DNA of 63,918 nt, counting the filler, from Craspedostauros australis (lineage: Eukaryota), in the NCBI GenBank assembly GCA_030167865.1. It is 17 parts of 17 records of this genome, joined end to end, with 100 filler letters (N's around TTAATTAATTAA, not from the genome) between each part and the next. Parts side by side here need not be neighbours in the genome. Positions count along the whole stretch, not along the records: positions 7,868 to 12,587 come from JALAGF010001093.1; positions 12,688 to 13,932 come from JALAGF010001094.1; positions 14,033 to 17,474 come from JALAGF010001095.1; positions 17,575 to 19,063 come from JALAGF010001096.1; positions 19,164 to 44,014 come from JALAGF010001097.1; 12 more parts are not named here. One strand, given 5' to 3'. Shown in pieces: positions 10,850 to 23,473 of the stretch (positions are counted from its first letter, which is position 1; each line of letters starts with the position of its first letter). The notes below the pieces were generated by a model. That model saw nothing but the letters and a program-made list of their open reading frames with translations, was not told the origin of the DNA and searched no databases. Both the position numbers and the translations under genes were made by a program.

Positions 10850-13224
10850 GATGTTGATGTTTCGACTGTGGTTTCCTGCTGATGATGCCGTCTCGACAGA
10901 CTTTCTCAACTCTTTTGTGAGCGCTTCGTCTTCAACTTTCGATCGCTGACACTCCACCGAATGCAATGCAACGCTGTGATGAGATGTGTTATGGGCGGTC
11001 TGAGAAGTTGGATGCGAGTCTGCTTGGCCCTGCCTGTTGATGAAAGGGTCAGAGGACAAATGAGAGCGCCAATTGGTGTTTGCGAAGAAGGGACGAAGAA
11101 TGGAAGCGAAGCATGTGGGTGAGTGAGTGAGTGGGCGCCGTTTATGTCCTTGGTGGGTGGATCCGCCTGTTACATGCACGGAATCGCCACCTTTGCGCTC
11201 AAGAAGTGCGCCGTGATCGACCTTGCGCCTTCCCCAAGAGTCGTTCGGTTGTGGTTATTTCGGAGGCATCATCACAAGAGTTGCTCCAACTTTCCCTCGA
11301 ACTCGCAATTGCAATAGCACCCGCGATCGCACCCTACCAACACCAACAGCACCAACACCATCAAGGCGGTCCACTTCATGACATCGGTTCGCATCGTGTG
11401 CGCACATCTCCCACACATCATGAACAAGGCATGCTACTCACCTCTCTTGTTTCTATTGCATTGGTGTCTGTACGTGTCTCTCTTGCCTTTCTGATTGTTG
11501 TGAACCCTCTCGACGATTTTGTTGCTGTTGCCTTCGATGTTGTTGCTATCAGCACAACCACAATGGCCGGCGCTGCTGATCGACAACAGTTCCGCTCATC
11601 TGCGGAGTTGCCGTGCCGTTGCCTCTCATGTTTCCCCTTTTGATGGATCAGTTGCGCCCACCTTCTGCTCAAGATAGCAGAACTGCGCGCTTCTTTGAAT
11701 TCGCTTCTTGTGGCAGGAGTTTGAGGCTTCTTCAATCACGTGTGCGGAGTTGTGTTTGCGATACCGTGCAAAAGCGCGCTATCGTCATTCATGTGCTATT
11801 TAATATCAACTTATCACACCGGCAATAGTCATTGGTTGATGTCTGCAAAGAATTAATCGCCTCGCCCGACAACATTTCTCGATAGGACACAGTGTACGTG
11901 TTGCTTTCCACCAACAAATAAGCCGTGTTCTTCACAATAGAAATACATCGTAAACCACATGAATTCTTGGCGCGTCCCATTCATCAAGCACAGACGGCGG
12001 AGATTTTAAGAGTACTTGCTCAAGGCCTGCTGCATTTCCTTTCAACAATCGCCTAACTAGAGGCCTATCGCATTTCACATTGGGAGTCCCACGGTACAAA
12101 ATAACCTGATAATGATATTTTTAGAGGGGCAACATGCGAACTTCCCCCTCGGAAAGTGAAACTCGATTGCGTTTTAGGAGCCAAAAACACAATTGAGTTT
12201 CACATTGCAGTCCCGGCAANCCAACCTTCCACGTGTTGGAACGAAACNAATGGCCAATCATTTCTCTTCATTTGCAGAAATGTTGAGTCGTCCTTGTCGT
12301 AACAATGATATTTTTTTGAGATGCTAGTGATGATGAAACTAGCATTCCGAATGAGAGGTGCATGGAGCGATAGAGAGCGATTAAGATGTCGAATATGCCT
12401 GTAAGCTTCACATATGATATCTACGCGCAAATATAAAAGGACCCCTTCATGATCCAGCTGAGGAATCTTTGCTCATATCCTAGTTCACCCGATACAACAT
12501 CCACGGCGTGTTCCTGATGCTCTGAGGACTAGTGTAGTCAGATACGACCAGGGACTTCGACCAACGCGCATTTTGCATCTTTTGGAGNNNNNNNNNNNNN
12601 NNNNNNNNNNNNNNNNNNNNNNNNNNNNNNNTTAATTAATTAANNNNNNNNNNNNNNNNNNNNNNNNNNNNNNNNNNNNNNNNNNNNCACTTTCGTGGTT
12701 GTTTCGAGTTGACGATCAGAGATCTCATTTGAACGCCTTTCTGACGTGTCCTTCTCATGAAAGAAGCTAATGAAGTACTTCATTGACACACAGAATTCGT
12801 GGAATTGGGAACATCTCTGCACGCGCAAAAGTGGTGAAGTGAGAATCGACGATTCCCATTTGTGGCGTTCTCGTGTTCGCAACAGCGATGTTGTGGGGCG
12901 TGTCGTGTTCTGTTCCTTCTTCTCGTTGTTGTGTGCGCCAGTTCGTAGCGAGTAAAAGGAAGGATCCGCACTCTCCGGACAGCGCTGGTGCCCTCTCCCA
13001 AACCAGGGTGCGATCAAGAAGTGGACAAACAGAGAAACGAGGAGAGAAACGGGAGGACATTGAAACGAGGCAACCGCACACACTGCTCAACCCCACACTC
13101 CAACACATCAACAACACACATGTCATGGGTAGCTCGAACAGCACACTTCCTCAACAGTCAATCCAACGCCAATCGTTCAACGTCCAACGTCAATCGTCCA
13201 CCAACCATCGACCATCCTCTCAAA

Positions 13225-13737
13225 ATGCCGAATGTGAGGAACTATCAACTCCTTGATGCTGCCGAGGCAGGTGACTTGTCGGTGTTGAAGGAATGGAAGA
13301 AGCAGAACGATACTCAGAATGAAGGAGTTGATGTCAACAAGGTTACAGACTGGGCTGGTTACACTCCCCTTCATTGGGCATGCCGCAATGGCCACCTGGA
13401 GTGTGTGAAGTACCTCATCGAATCATGTGAGGCGAACATCAACTGCAAAGACAACAATGGTTGGACTCCCCTTCATAAGGCAAGCTGCTGGGGCCACCTG
13501 GAGTGTATCGAGTACCTTGTTGCATCATGTGGAGCGAACATCAACTGCCAAAACAACCATGGTCACACTCCCCTTCGTTGGGCATGCATGCGTGGCCACC
13601 TGGAGTGTATGGAGTCCCTCATCAGAGGACTTTCGCCTTCAGCTCACCCACAACTGCAACAACTGCAGCAGCGCTTACAACAAAACGAACAAGCAAATGA
13701 ACAACCACAAGAACAGTTGGGACAGCAGTTGAAGTGA
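13225..13737 (+). CDS. Ankyrin repeat protein
   Basis: An N-cap LLDAAEAGD followed by three 33-aa repeats G.TPL..A...GHLEC..YL....ANIN, then a Q-rich tail. Confidence 0.85.
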   Translation: MPNVRNYQLLDAAEAGDLSVLKEWKKQNDTQNEGVDVNKVTDWAGYTPLHWACRNGHLECVKYLIESCEANINCKDNNGWTPLHKASCWGHLECIEYLVASCGANINCQNNHGHTPLRWACMRGHLECMESLIRGLSPSAHPQLQQLQQRLQQNEQANEQPQEQLGQQLK

Positions 13738-14032
13738 AAGGAGCAAGAGAATGAACACAAACACAGCAGCAACAAGAGGACCAACATCAACATTGGAGAA
13801 GATCGGCCATATCCTTCCAAACCGAGGACAGGACAGACACCATCTTCTTGTGTGGACAGGGCGACCAACAACAACTAACCAAGGCAAACGCCCAAGCCCT
13901 CATCATCACACTCCCATCCATTGAGACACTGANNNNNNNNNNNNNNNNNNNNNNNNNNNNNNNNNNNNNNNNNNNNTTAATTAATTAANNNNNNNNNNNN
14001 NNNNNNNNNNNNNNNNNNNNNNNNNNNNNNNN

Positions 14033-16663
14033 GTGCTGATGCTCCGGCTCGCTCTGATGGTCCTTGACAGCATACTGTCGAAGAATCTCCTGGACCTTGG
14101 AACCGACCTCAGACCTCGCATTGTCCGACATGAGTAAGTCAGGCGCGCCGTGACGTCGGATGAAATCCAACAACGTGCTGGCGACCTGCTTCTCCGAGGA
14201 CATGGGAAAGCCTGCGGTGAATCTGGATTGGAGAGCNNNNTAGACTTGAATCATGGTGCACCCGCCGTGTCCAGGCACGCCATCGTCATGTGCAGGGGTG
14301 TCCGAGAACAGGGTGTCCATGGCCACAACCTCGTGCAAGCGATCGACGTTGGCTGCCGGAAAGCGGGTCTTGAAGTGCTTCCGCATTGAGAACCTCTCTG
14401 CGGTGCGGTACCACTGCGATGTGCAGCGAAGAGTGTCTCGCACACGACGAGAAGGGATCCACCCGAAGTGCGGACGGAGTGCCTCGTAGTCAATAGGCGA
14501 GGGGCGTTGTTGGATGCCGCCTGTCGGGACGATGGAGTCGTCCGCAGATGGGTGTTGGTCGACAACGAAGACATCAACGGCATGGCTGCGATCATCCGAT
14601 GGAGGTTCTGGATCTTGTGGAGCGATGTCAGTGACATCAAGCTCATGGTCAAGTGACGAAGGGTCCCATTCATCATCAGCTGTGAAGTCGACATGAGGGA
14701 GCTGATCGAGTTGGGCACGAGTCGGAGGACGCATGTCCATGTACGACAAGCCTTGGCGGATTGACAAAGGAATCACATGACCTCCAGGGGTCACGATGGT
14801 CTGTCGGCCACCAGGCAGATCACGGGGACGTTCGTTGACATCCACGCCGAAGGAGGCGAGCTGATTGGCGGAATGAATCGTCTTGTGCTTCCCGTACAGC
14901 GCGTATTGATGGAATACGGCGATGATTGGTCCATCGGTGGTATGGACGAGTCCAGCAACAGAACCAATGTCGAGGTTGCCGATGGCTGAATCTCCAATGC
15001 CGTTGACATCAGCGGTGTGTCCGGTCTTGCACAGCACCACGACGTCATCCCCGGCGAGACCACCATTGGCTCCACTGTCGACGAGAGATCCGTGCAGCTC
15101 CTTGGATGCCTTGTGAAATTCATAGCGAATCACGGCTTGGTTGGCGAGACGCCAGGTTTGCCCCTTGTAGGACAGGACAGGCACGTCAGATGATCCGGTT
15201 GTCTTGGCGTTGGCGAGCATGCGGCTGATGGCGTCGCCTGNAGGTGCNCGTGGCNCAGTGTCGTTGGCNGCAGCATCTCCGTTNNCAGCTGCNGACTCAG
15301 ATCCGGCCTTGAGAGCAGTCTTGTCTGCCTTGTTGACAGAGCGATTGCGGCCGCCTTTGGCACGGTTGGGATCCCACTTCCCCTTTGCTTGGAGGAATGC
15401 TTGGCGTTGGCTCTTGTCCATCTTCATCCATTCATCATGAGGGACGCGAGGACGAGGATCTTTCGAATAGTCTTTGTCCTTGCTCCACGAATGTGCACCA
15501 GAATTGGTGCCAGAGTGCTTGGCGTTGTGGACCTTGCGATTGGTACGTCCACGTGGCTTGACATGATCCAAGCGCTGCGCATGACTGCGCACCAGCGAGA
15601 AGATCTTGTCAAAGTCGAGGGTGAAGTCTCTGGAGACTCCAGCAATGCTCATGGCATCGAGGGACGCCTCAAGGTACTGAGACTCGAAGAGTGCTCGGTA
15701 CAGCTCGGCATCCTGGGAGATAGACTCCTCAAGCCAGTCGCGCTTGCGCTCGGGGGACACGGTGTGATCTTGGATTGTCTCCAAGTCGCGAACCTTGTTG
15801 GACCAAGCATCGAGAAAGGACTCCCAGGTACCTCGCCATTCCTTGTCCAGCTTGAGGGACTCGAGGGATGTGCGAAGTGCCTTCGCAGAGTTGGCAGCTG
15901 TCACACCAGATGTGTATTCTTCAAGCAGAGTGGCGTAGGCAGCCTGGCCATTCATGGAATCCTCGAAACGCCGGACACAACCTTGACCCTTCTGAGTCTT
16001 GAGGCTGAGGACGAGAGCACCATAGACGAAGATGTTCTGCTCATCGAAGAGGGTTTGATCCTCAGTTGGCGGCTTGTAGTCGGGGTCCAGGACGTTGGAT
16101 ACGCCTTGGGATGCGGCGACAGTCGCGAATGTGCGTCTGAAGGACAGGAAGTACTTGTCCTCCTTGAGCTTCGGGAATCGCCCGCTGTCGCGCTTCATCC
16201 CCTTTCGGAAGTCCTGGAGACGAGAGAATGCTGCGCCAGCTGTTGCAGACGAAGGTGCCTCATCAGGGATTGGTGGAGGTGTTGCTGCTGCTGCTGCTGT
16301 TGCTGCGGTTGCTGCTGCAAACGATGGATCAACAAGAGGGGTGGCGATCGACTCAGCGAGGGAATGTCCGGTGATGCGGTACCAGGTGGCGAACGTAGGG
16401 TTGTCCTGAAGTTGGTACCACCGATGGAGGGCGAGGATCTTGCGGATGGTTGGCCCATTGAGTTGGTACGCNNNNNNNNNNNNNNNNNNNNNNNNNNNNN
16501 NNNNNNNNNNNNNNNNNNNNNNNNNNNNNNNNNNGAGCAGGAGATCCGACATGTTGTTGATACCTTCATGTTCCAGAAGGTCGCGTTGATCGGTACCTGC
16601 AGTGATGCCGATGACGCTCAGCACATGGGCGAAAATCTCAGCTTCGGAAACGGTAGTAGTCAT
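14033..16663 (-). mobile_element. Diatom copia (CoDi-like) gag-protease-integrase polyprotein, 3' truncated
   Basis: Gag-like FRKGMKRD...FPKLKEDKYF. Protease LVDSGANGGLAG. Integrase VAMDTLFS...LMSDNARSE...HQSEPEHQH. One continuous ORF. Confidence 0.9.
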
Positions 16664-16674
16664 CTTGGAATGTA

Positions 16675-16702
16675 GTTTGTTGTTTGTGTTTGTTTGTTTG
16701 TG

Positions 16703-16769
<67 letters not shown>

Positions 16770-16830
16770 TTTGTATTGATTGTTTGTTTGTTTGATTGAT
16801 TGATTGATTGATTGATTGTTTGTTTGTTTG
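16675..16830. repeat. Compound (GATT)n/(GTTT)n microsatellite in the copia 5' leader
   Basis: Directly visible, ending 11 bp upstream of the gag ATG on the minus strand. Confidence 0.93.
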
Positions 16831-17574
16831 ATGTGTTGGCAGATCGGATGTGATCGATACCAAATGGATGATGTGTTGATGAAGTACTTGGGTAACAAGG
16901 CAATGGATATCACTGACGAATGCGTCNAAAAGTGATGGAAGTGAGTGTGCACAAGCCGATTGGCTCTGATGTTCTGCGCAGCAAAGCTGAAGTCACAGAG
17001 ATGGAATCAACTTCACGTCGTCACGCGATGTTGCAAGATGATGATTTTGATGAATGCTCAATGACGATGGGAAATGACGATGGTTCACGCGTTCAGCACA
17101 GGATGTAGGCGATTGCGACTGTTAATCTGATAGAACACAGACAAAAATGGGTACTTACTTCGAGATTGGGAGTGATCAGGTCCGTCAAATGAAGTAGAGT
17201 GAAGATGTTGGTAGTTGTCAGTGTGCTCTGAGTGGTTAATTGATNTTNAGATGATGTAAGCTGGCCCAATTCAGAACTGTTGGAGTCTGAATTGTGAGCA
17301 GATGGAGATGAAATGATGAAAAANGATGCTGAGGCAACATGTGTTGCAACACACAGCAGAGCATGAAGTGCAGTGCATGAATTACAGTGCATGAAGTGGA
17401 GAGCATGAAGGTGTTGTCGAGTTTGCAAGACTGAGGAGGTTCATGGCACCTCCAAGACTGATCTTGCTTCTTGGNNNNNNNNNNNNNNNNNNNNNNNNNN
17501 NNNNNNNNNNNNNNNNNNTTAATTAATTAANNNNNNNNNNNNNNNNNNNNNNNNNNNNNNNNNNNNNNNNNNNN

Positions 17575-19063
17575 CACACCTTCCGAGACAAGAAGTTCAT
17601 GACCTCTTCGGCCATGGATGGTGCCCATTGTTCTCGGTCTGGTCCGAATAGAGCCTGTCGCACGGTGGTGGGGGTATCGTCTTCCTGTGTAGAGAATACG
17701 AAGTGAACCTCTTCATCCTGGTCCTCCCCAGTTGGTGCTTGGTGGACCACGATCTGTCGATCCATCGTTGCCCTTGGGTGATCAGGAGTTGGTGAGTTGA
17801 GTTGCTGCTCCACCGAATCCACTTTGTCCGTGCCACGCATTGCTTCGCGCTGCTGCACTGCCTGAAGCATCTTGCGAGCTGCTGGATGGTGTTGANNNNN
17901 NNNNNNNNNNNNNNNNNNNNNNNNNNNNNNNNNNNNNNNNNNNNNGGTTCGGTATTGGTTGCCAGACGGTGGAGTGCCAGACCCGCTTTGTGGGGTGTCA
18001 TTCCTCCCCACTGCAACGTCGGCATCCGTCATTGCTGTTGCTTGACTCGGTTGTGTGACGGTCACTGGGTCCTCCCTGCCCGGATTCCCATCTCCATCAT
18101 CACTTGGAGTGCCTGTTGGACGTTGGATGTCGTCCGCGTCATCATCCTCCTCCTCCTCAAAGACTTGCATGCCCTGTTTTGGATGGATTCGCTCCCAGTC
18201 CAGCCATTGCACATCGCGAGATAGCTTGANNNNNNNNNNNNNNNNNNNNNNNNNNNNNNNNNNNNNNNNNNNNNNNNNNNNNNNNNNNNNNACCATCACC
18301 ATCTTCCTGGCTCTGTGGCGAAACTTGCCCTTGATCAGTTCCCGATCCGCGACCATGCCAATCCTGCCAAATTGGACGAGGTGAGGTACCAGCTTGGATG
18401 GCTTGCCAGTCCACTTCTGAAAGGATGAGACGTCGTCGGCATTGGTGCTGGTGATGTTCGTGAGGATGTTGGCCACGGTGTAGGCCTCGGTCCAGAGCTT
18501 TGTCCGAGCCTCTGTGGTGAACTTGGCAGCTGTGACCAGCGTTCTGGCCTTCTCGGTCAACAGTGCAATGCGTCGCTCCACGACTCCATTCATCTGCGGT
18601 GTGGACGGGGCTGTCAGCTCAAGTGNNNNNNNNNNNNNNNNNNNNNNNNNNNNNNNNNNNNNNNNNNNNNNNNNNNNNNNNNNNNNNNNNNNNNNNNNNN
18701 NNNNNNNNNNNNNNNNNNNNNNNNNNNNNNNNNNNNNNNNNNNNNNNNAAGACATCTCAGTCTTGTGTGAGCTGTAGTATACCCAGCTGTATCGGGTACA
18801 GTCATCGACCATCACGTATGCATACCGATTGCCTGCGATCCCAGGTGAAAAGGGTCCAGTGGTATCGACGAAGATTCTCTCCCCTTTGACAACCGATCGA
18901 GTTGCTGTGGACTTAGGCACGTTCTTCTGCTTGCCTTTCATCAACCCACATGCGACGCATGCCTTCCACTCTCCTGTCAACTTGATGTTGAACTGCTGTG
19001 CAGTCTTCTCAAGGAGACGGCGGCCGATGTGTCCGAACTTGTCATGGGCTTCGTTGATGTCCA
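17575..19063 (-). mobile_element. Ty1/copia integrase and start of reverse transcriptase (gapped), a different family from 14033-16663
   Basis: HDKFGH...CVAC zinc motif, ERIFVDTTGP, MVDDCTRYSW, TPQMNGVVERR and LWTEA, then PTTVRQAL.GPDREQW...EE. Confidence 0.92.
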
Positions 19064-19825
19064 NNNNNNNNNNNNNNNNNNNNNNNNNNNNNNNNNNNNN
19101 NNNNNNNTTAATTAATTAANNNNNNNNNNNNNNNNNNNNNNNNNNNNNNNNNNNNNNNNNNNNAGCCGAGGTGAAGACGATGTTGTGGTGATTGGCGAAG
19201 CACTGTCGTCTGCGTCGTACAGATCGCCAATGCGCTTCGTCGTATTCTGAGACGATTGGATGTTGCTGGTTTCCATTGTGAGACTGGTCAACGTGGAGTG
19301 TTGTTGGCTGTCCTGGCCTGGCACATTCTGTTGTNNNNNNNNNNNNNNNNNNNNNNNNNNNNNNNNNNNNNNNNNNNNNNNNNNNNNNNNNNNNNNNNNN
19401 NNNNNNNNNNNNNNNNNNNNNNNNNNNNNNNNNNNNNNNNNNNNNNNNNNNNNNNNNNNNNNNNNNNNNNNNNNNNNNNNTATCCAATCGCCGTTTCTCC
19501 CAAAAGCAAGCAAACCAGTGACAACAAGGGGCCAAAACTCCACAACTAGTGTTATCGTGAGTGCATCAACTGCGACCTGGAGGTAGTAGAACGAGCACGT
19601 ATGGCTGACATGAACCACTGGGACTACGACTATGTACTATACGTGAATGTATGGTTTGTTGGTTGGAAGAGGTGATGGCCGGCTCGCCTGGACTGCCTGC
19701 CATCTCACCATCTCACTCCACCGCCATGCATCAACTTTGGTGGCTTGGGAGACGCCGTCGCCATAACATTTGCCCCAACAACACCGACAACAGCCACCAC
19801 CACATCACAAGAACGACACGGCGGC

Positions 19826-20857
19826 TCACGCCGACGGCACATCGGTGAAAGGCGATCGCGATGATGCTGCCAAGATGTAGAGATCCTTGACGAGCATCTT
19901 GGCGTCGTTGTCATGACGCTTCATGGCGCGTATGCCCAAGAGCGTCGCGAGCGGCAGCAGCACCAAAAACACGAAGAAGATGCCCACCGATTCATCTCCA
20001 CCGTCTGCCAGGATCAAGCCCAAACACCAAATGTCGATCACCATCATCATCATGCCAAACGTGCAATGACGCTTGTGGATGCGTTGTTGCAATTCGCGAT
20101 GTGCCATGCTGTACTGCAATGAAGCTGGTGACGACACGGAAGGCTGCTTGCCTGCATCGTGCTTGGTCTTGTTGCGTTGATCGTCGCCATTCATCTCCAA
20201 GAACAGGCCGTCCGAATGGTCCAGCGACAGCAGCGCCAGATTGGCTTGGGCTGCCGCAACCGAAAAGAATGGATTCTCGAAGGAGCTGCACAAGCACTCT
20301 CCTCCACCATGAATGGAATCATCATCGTCATCGCCAAACTCGTCTGCGCCATCTCGTATCGCGTTCAAATGGTCGCGAAAGCTGCGACGATTCATGTCGG
20401 CATCATCCGCTGAATCCAACTTGGCCAGAGCCTCCAAAGCCTGCCGCGCCCTGCTGGGATCGCCGGACGACACGGCCATGCTGCAGAGCTTTTGGAATTG
20501 CTTGGCATATTTGCGCCGCCGCAGATGCTGCTTGTAGGCCCACATCGCACGCTTGGACGCCTCCGTCGGCTTCTTCATGTCCTCGTCCCACTCCATCTCA
20601 TCGCTGCTGCCGTCATCGATCTCGAATTGCTTCATCCGCGATCGCTCTCCCACCCTCGATCGCGTGGCATCTTGCACGATGCGCTGTCGCAGCACGAGAT
20701 CCTTGGCGTGCCGCGGCGTCCATTGCAGCACGGTATCGCCGAAGGATCCCACCTGCGCCATGACGCTCATGGGCTTGCCGCTGTTGCGGTACGCCTCCGT
20801 TTGTCCCGTTCGCAGGACCTCGCGCTCCACGTCGGAATCGTAGTCGTCGCTGTTCAT
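19826..20857 (-). CDS. Uncharacterised protein with two C-terminal transmembrane segments
   Basis: Long ORF with strong codon bias. Two hydrophobic stretches near the C-terminus. No family recognised. Confidence 0.65.
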   Translation of the reverse strand: MNSDDYDSDVEREVLRTGQTEAYRNSGKPMSVMAQVGSFGDTVLQWTPRHAKDLVLRQRIVQDATRSRVGERSRMKQFEIDDGSSDEMEWDEDMKKPTEASKRAMWAYKQHLRRRKYAKQFQKLCSMAVSSGDPSRARQALEALAKLDSADDADMNRRSFRDHLNAIRDGADEFGDDDDDSIHGGGECLCSSFENPFFSVAAAQANLALLSLDHSDGLFLEMNGDDQRNKTKHDAGKQPSVSSPASLQYSMAHRELQQRIHKRHCTFGMMMMVIDIWCLGLILADGGDESVGIFFVFLVLLPLATLLGIRAMKRHDNDAKMLVKDLYILAASSRSPFTDVPSA

Positions 20858-21473
20858 TGTTGCGTCGTCTTGGTGTTTGGTGTCAGTGTGGATGGTGGTC
20901 GGAGGAAGTATTGTGCAGTTTGTGCAACGTAGAGACAACACAAGATCAGGATGTGTTTGTTCTGTTGCTGCTCTGGAATCTTGTGCTGTTTCGCTTGATT
21001 GTGCCCATCAATCAAGATTGCGTCGCCATCCTGATTCGTTTCTCATGCTATCGCCAAAATGACACGAGACAGAAGTTCTCCATCGCTTCCAGTCATGTCT
21101 ACGACTCCATCGCATGTTTCTCTTGGGCATTGTACGTCTGTCTGTTTAAGTAGGAGATAGGTGTGCGGGACCCGCTGTGTCTTTTCTTTCGCCTTGAGTC
21201 CCAAACCAGAAAGTCACAAAAGACGAACAAGAAACGAAAACCCCAACCGTCCTCGAAATGACCAAATGATACCACCAACGGACGCCAACAACAAACCACA
21301 CACCATCGTCTCCTGCCATTGAATCTGCGGCCTCCTTGTTGCATTGCAAGGAAGAGAGAGGGAGAGAGGATCATAGACACACATCTACACATCCACACAT
21401 CTACACATCCACACATCTACACAATCATATATTGTGTTATATAATACGTACGAACAACCAGACAATCGCCAAG

Positions 21474-22919
21474 ATGATATCGCCAGCATCCGCGAACAGC
21501 GGCCGCAAGAACGCTCGCAGACAGCAGCTGCGACGGAAGCCGCTGGCGGACCAGCGGTTCTCATCGTACATGGTGTTCGGCCTCGCGGTGACGATGTGCC
21601 TCAGCATGTTCCTGGCCTGCTACGTGATCATCCTGCTGGCCGCCTGGCCCCTGATCATGTCGCAGCCGCACTTCACGGCCGAGGAGCACCCGCTGCAGCT
21701 CAAGGAGGTCGTGCGCAAGATGCGCTTCCCGCAGAAGATCAAGGACGCCGAGCTCAAGCTCATTGACAAGGGCAAGGCGGAGATCGGCAAGGTGGCGCAC
21801 GTCTTTCAGAAGGAGATCGACTCCATCCGCCACACGCACGGCATCACGGATCAGGCCCTGCTGGACGAGGCGCAGCGCAAGCTCAACGTCGAGCAGATGG
21901 CCAAGCAGAGCCAGCGCGAGAGCAAGCGTCGTGTGCAGGCCGCCATCGAGGAGGGCAATCTCATTCGGGCGTCGCGCGGTGCCAACAACAACAACCTGCG
22001 CGGTGGCAGCGACACGCACCAACGCAACGGATTCATCGTCCTGGGCATGCACCGCAGCGGAACGAGCATGTTGTCGGGGTTGCTCGCGACTGCGTGCGGG
22101 TACACCGTCGGGGGTCCGCTCATCGGCCAGGCGTTCGACAATGAGAAGGGATTCTTCGAACGCATCGACGTGGTCTTGCAGAACGATGAATTCATGAAGG
22201 CGCAGAACGTGTGGTGGGCCCACGACGTCGTGTCCTACGACTGGGAGAAGGGCGTCAAGGATTACGAGACCAAGGAGATCACCTTCAAGCAGGGCAAGAA
22301 GGGATTGGCGTTCCTCAACAACGCCAACAACGCCCCGTGGCTGCAGAAGGACCCGCGCATGTGCATCACGTTGAAGACCTGGTTGAAGATCATGAACAAC
22401 GAACCCGCCATCGTCTTCACCTACCGCCATCCCCTCGAAGTCGCCATGTCCCTCAAGAAGCGCGAGGACGACTTCGCCTTGGAGCGCGGTCTGCGGTTAT
22501 GGATCATCTACAACATGCGCGCCATCCAAAATTCAAAGGGCCTGTGCATGGTCACGTCCAGCAACGAGGCCATCTTGGCGGATCCCCTTACGGAAGTCCA
22601 GCGCATCTCCGACGAGGCCACGAGCAAGTGCCACGTCCCGGCCCCGCCGCGGCGCGTCACAGAAGACGACGTCAAGAAGTTCGTCGATCCCAATTTGCAG
22701 CACAACAAGAAGCGCCGTGCTTTGGATGAAGAGTCGCTGCCCGTCATTGCCAAGTACAACGATGGCAAGTGCATCGTGCGGGATTTTGCCTCCGACACGC
22801 CGGAGGGATCGCCTGCCGCCAAGCGGGAGCAGAGGCTGTACGGTATCGCCATGAAGATATACTGCGATTTTCAGAGCGGTAAAGCCTACGAGGATGCGTA
22901 CCAGTGGCCGGAACTGTAA
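21474..22919 (+). CDS. Type II membrane sulfotransferase-family protein
   Basis: N-terminal TM helix and stem. PAPS-binding motif VLGMHRSGTS, then NEKGFFE, KDPRMC and RHPLEVAMSL.KR. Confidence 0.85.
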   Translation: MISPASANSGRKNARRQQLRRKPLADQRFSSYMVFGLAVTMCLSMFLACYVIILLAAWPLIMSQPHFTAEEHPLQLKEVVRKMRFPQKIKDAELKLIDKGKAEIGKVAHVFQKEIDSIRHTHGITDQALLDEAQRKLNVEQMAKQSQRESKRRVQAAIEEGNLIRASRGANNNNLRGGSDTHQRNGFIVLGMHRSGTSMLSGLLATACGYTVGGPLIGQAFDNEKGFFERIDVVLQNDEFMKAQNVWWAHDVVSYDWEKGVKDYETKEITFKQGKKGLAFLNNANNAPWLQKDPRMCITLKTWLKIMNNEPAIVFTYRHPLEVAMSLKKREDDFALERGLRLWIIYNMRAIQNSKGLCMVTSSNEAILADPLTEVQRISDEATSKCHVPAPPRRVTEDDVKKFVDPNLQHNKKRRALDEESLPVIAKYNDGKCIVRDFASDTPEGSPAAKREQRLYGIAMKIYCDFQSGKAYEDAYQWPEL

Positions 22920-23473
22920 CTCCGTCATCACTTGTGCGTGTATTCCGTCTCCACAAGTGGAGTCTGCGAGCAGACAGAGCATCAACAACAATGGCAAGAT
23001 GGAAATGATACGGAATGCAATACGCTTGCTTAAGATCAGTCCAGACACGTTAGAAAGTATTCTATAATGTAATACTGCACTGCTCTGTTGAATTGCTACG
23101 TACCATACGACGCTATTGCGATGCATGGCCTGCACCAGAGTTCCTGGTCGCACAGTACAGCACAGCACTTGTTTTTTTCTCCAAAACACGTACCGTATCA
23201 GATCACGGAGAAATCCACGAGTTGGCAATCGCGCAAATTCAGTCCCCAACCACCCACACACCAGCCCATGTAACGCAAGCAAGCATCGTATCGTATCATT
23301 TCGCACCTTGTGCATAATGCGTGTTTGCTATTGCATGTAGGAAGTAAAGAATATTATATTTATTTTAGAGGATACAAAAGGATGTAAAAGTTGAGCTTGG
23401 GTCACCGATGCACGTGGATGAAGAGCGTACTCTGCAATAGTCTTGGGATGCTATGTCTGCCCCGCTCCAAAAC

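Noticed and set aside
15389..16675. Long antisense ORFs (also 21561-22430, 28847-29920, 33923-35074, 50331-51203)
   Set aside because: Shadows of GC3-biased genes on the opposite strand.
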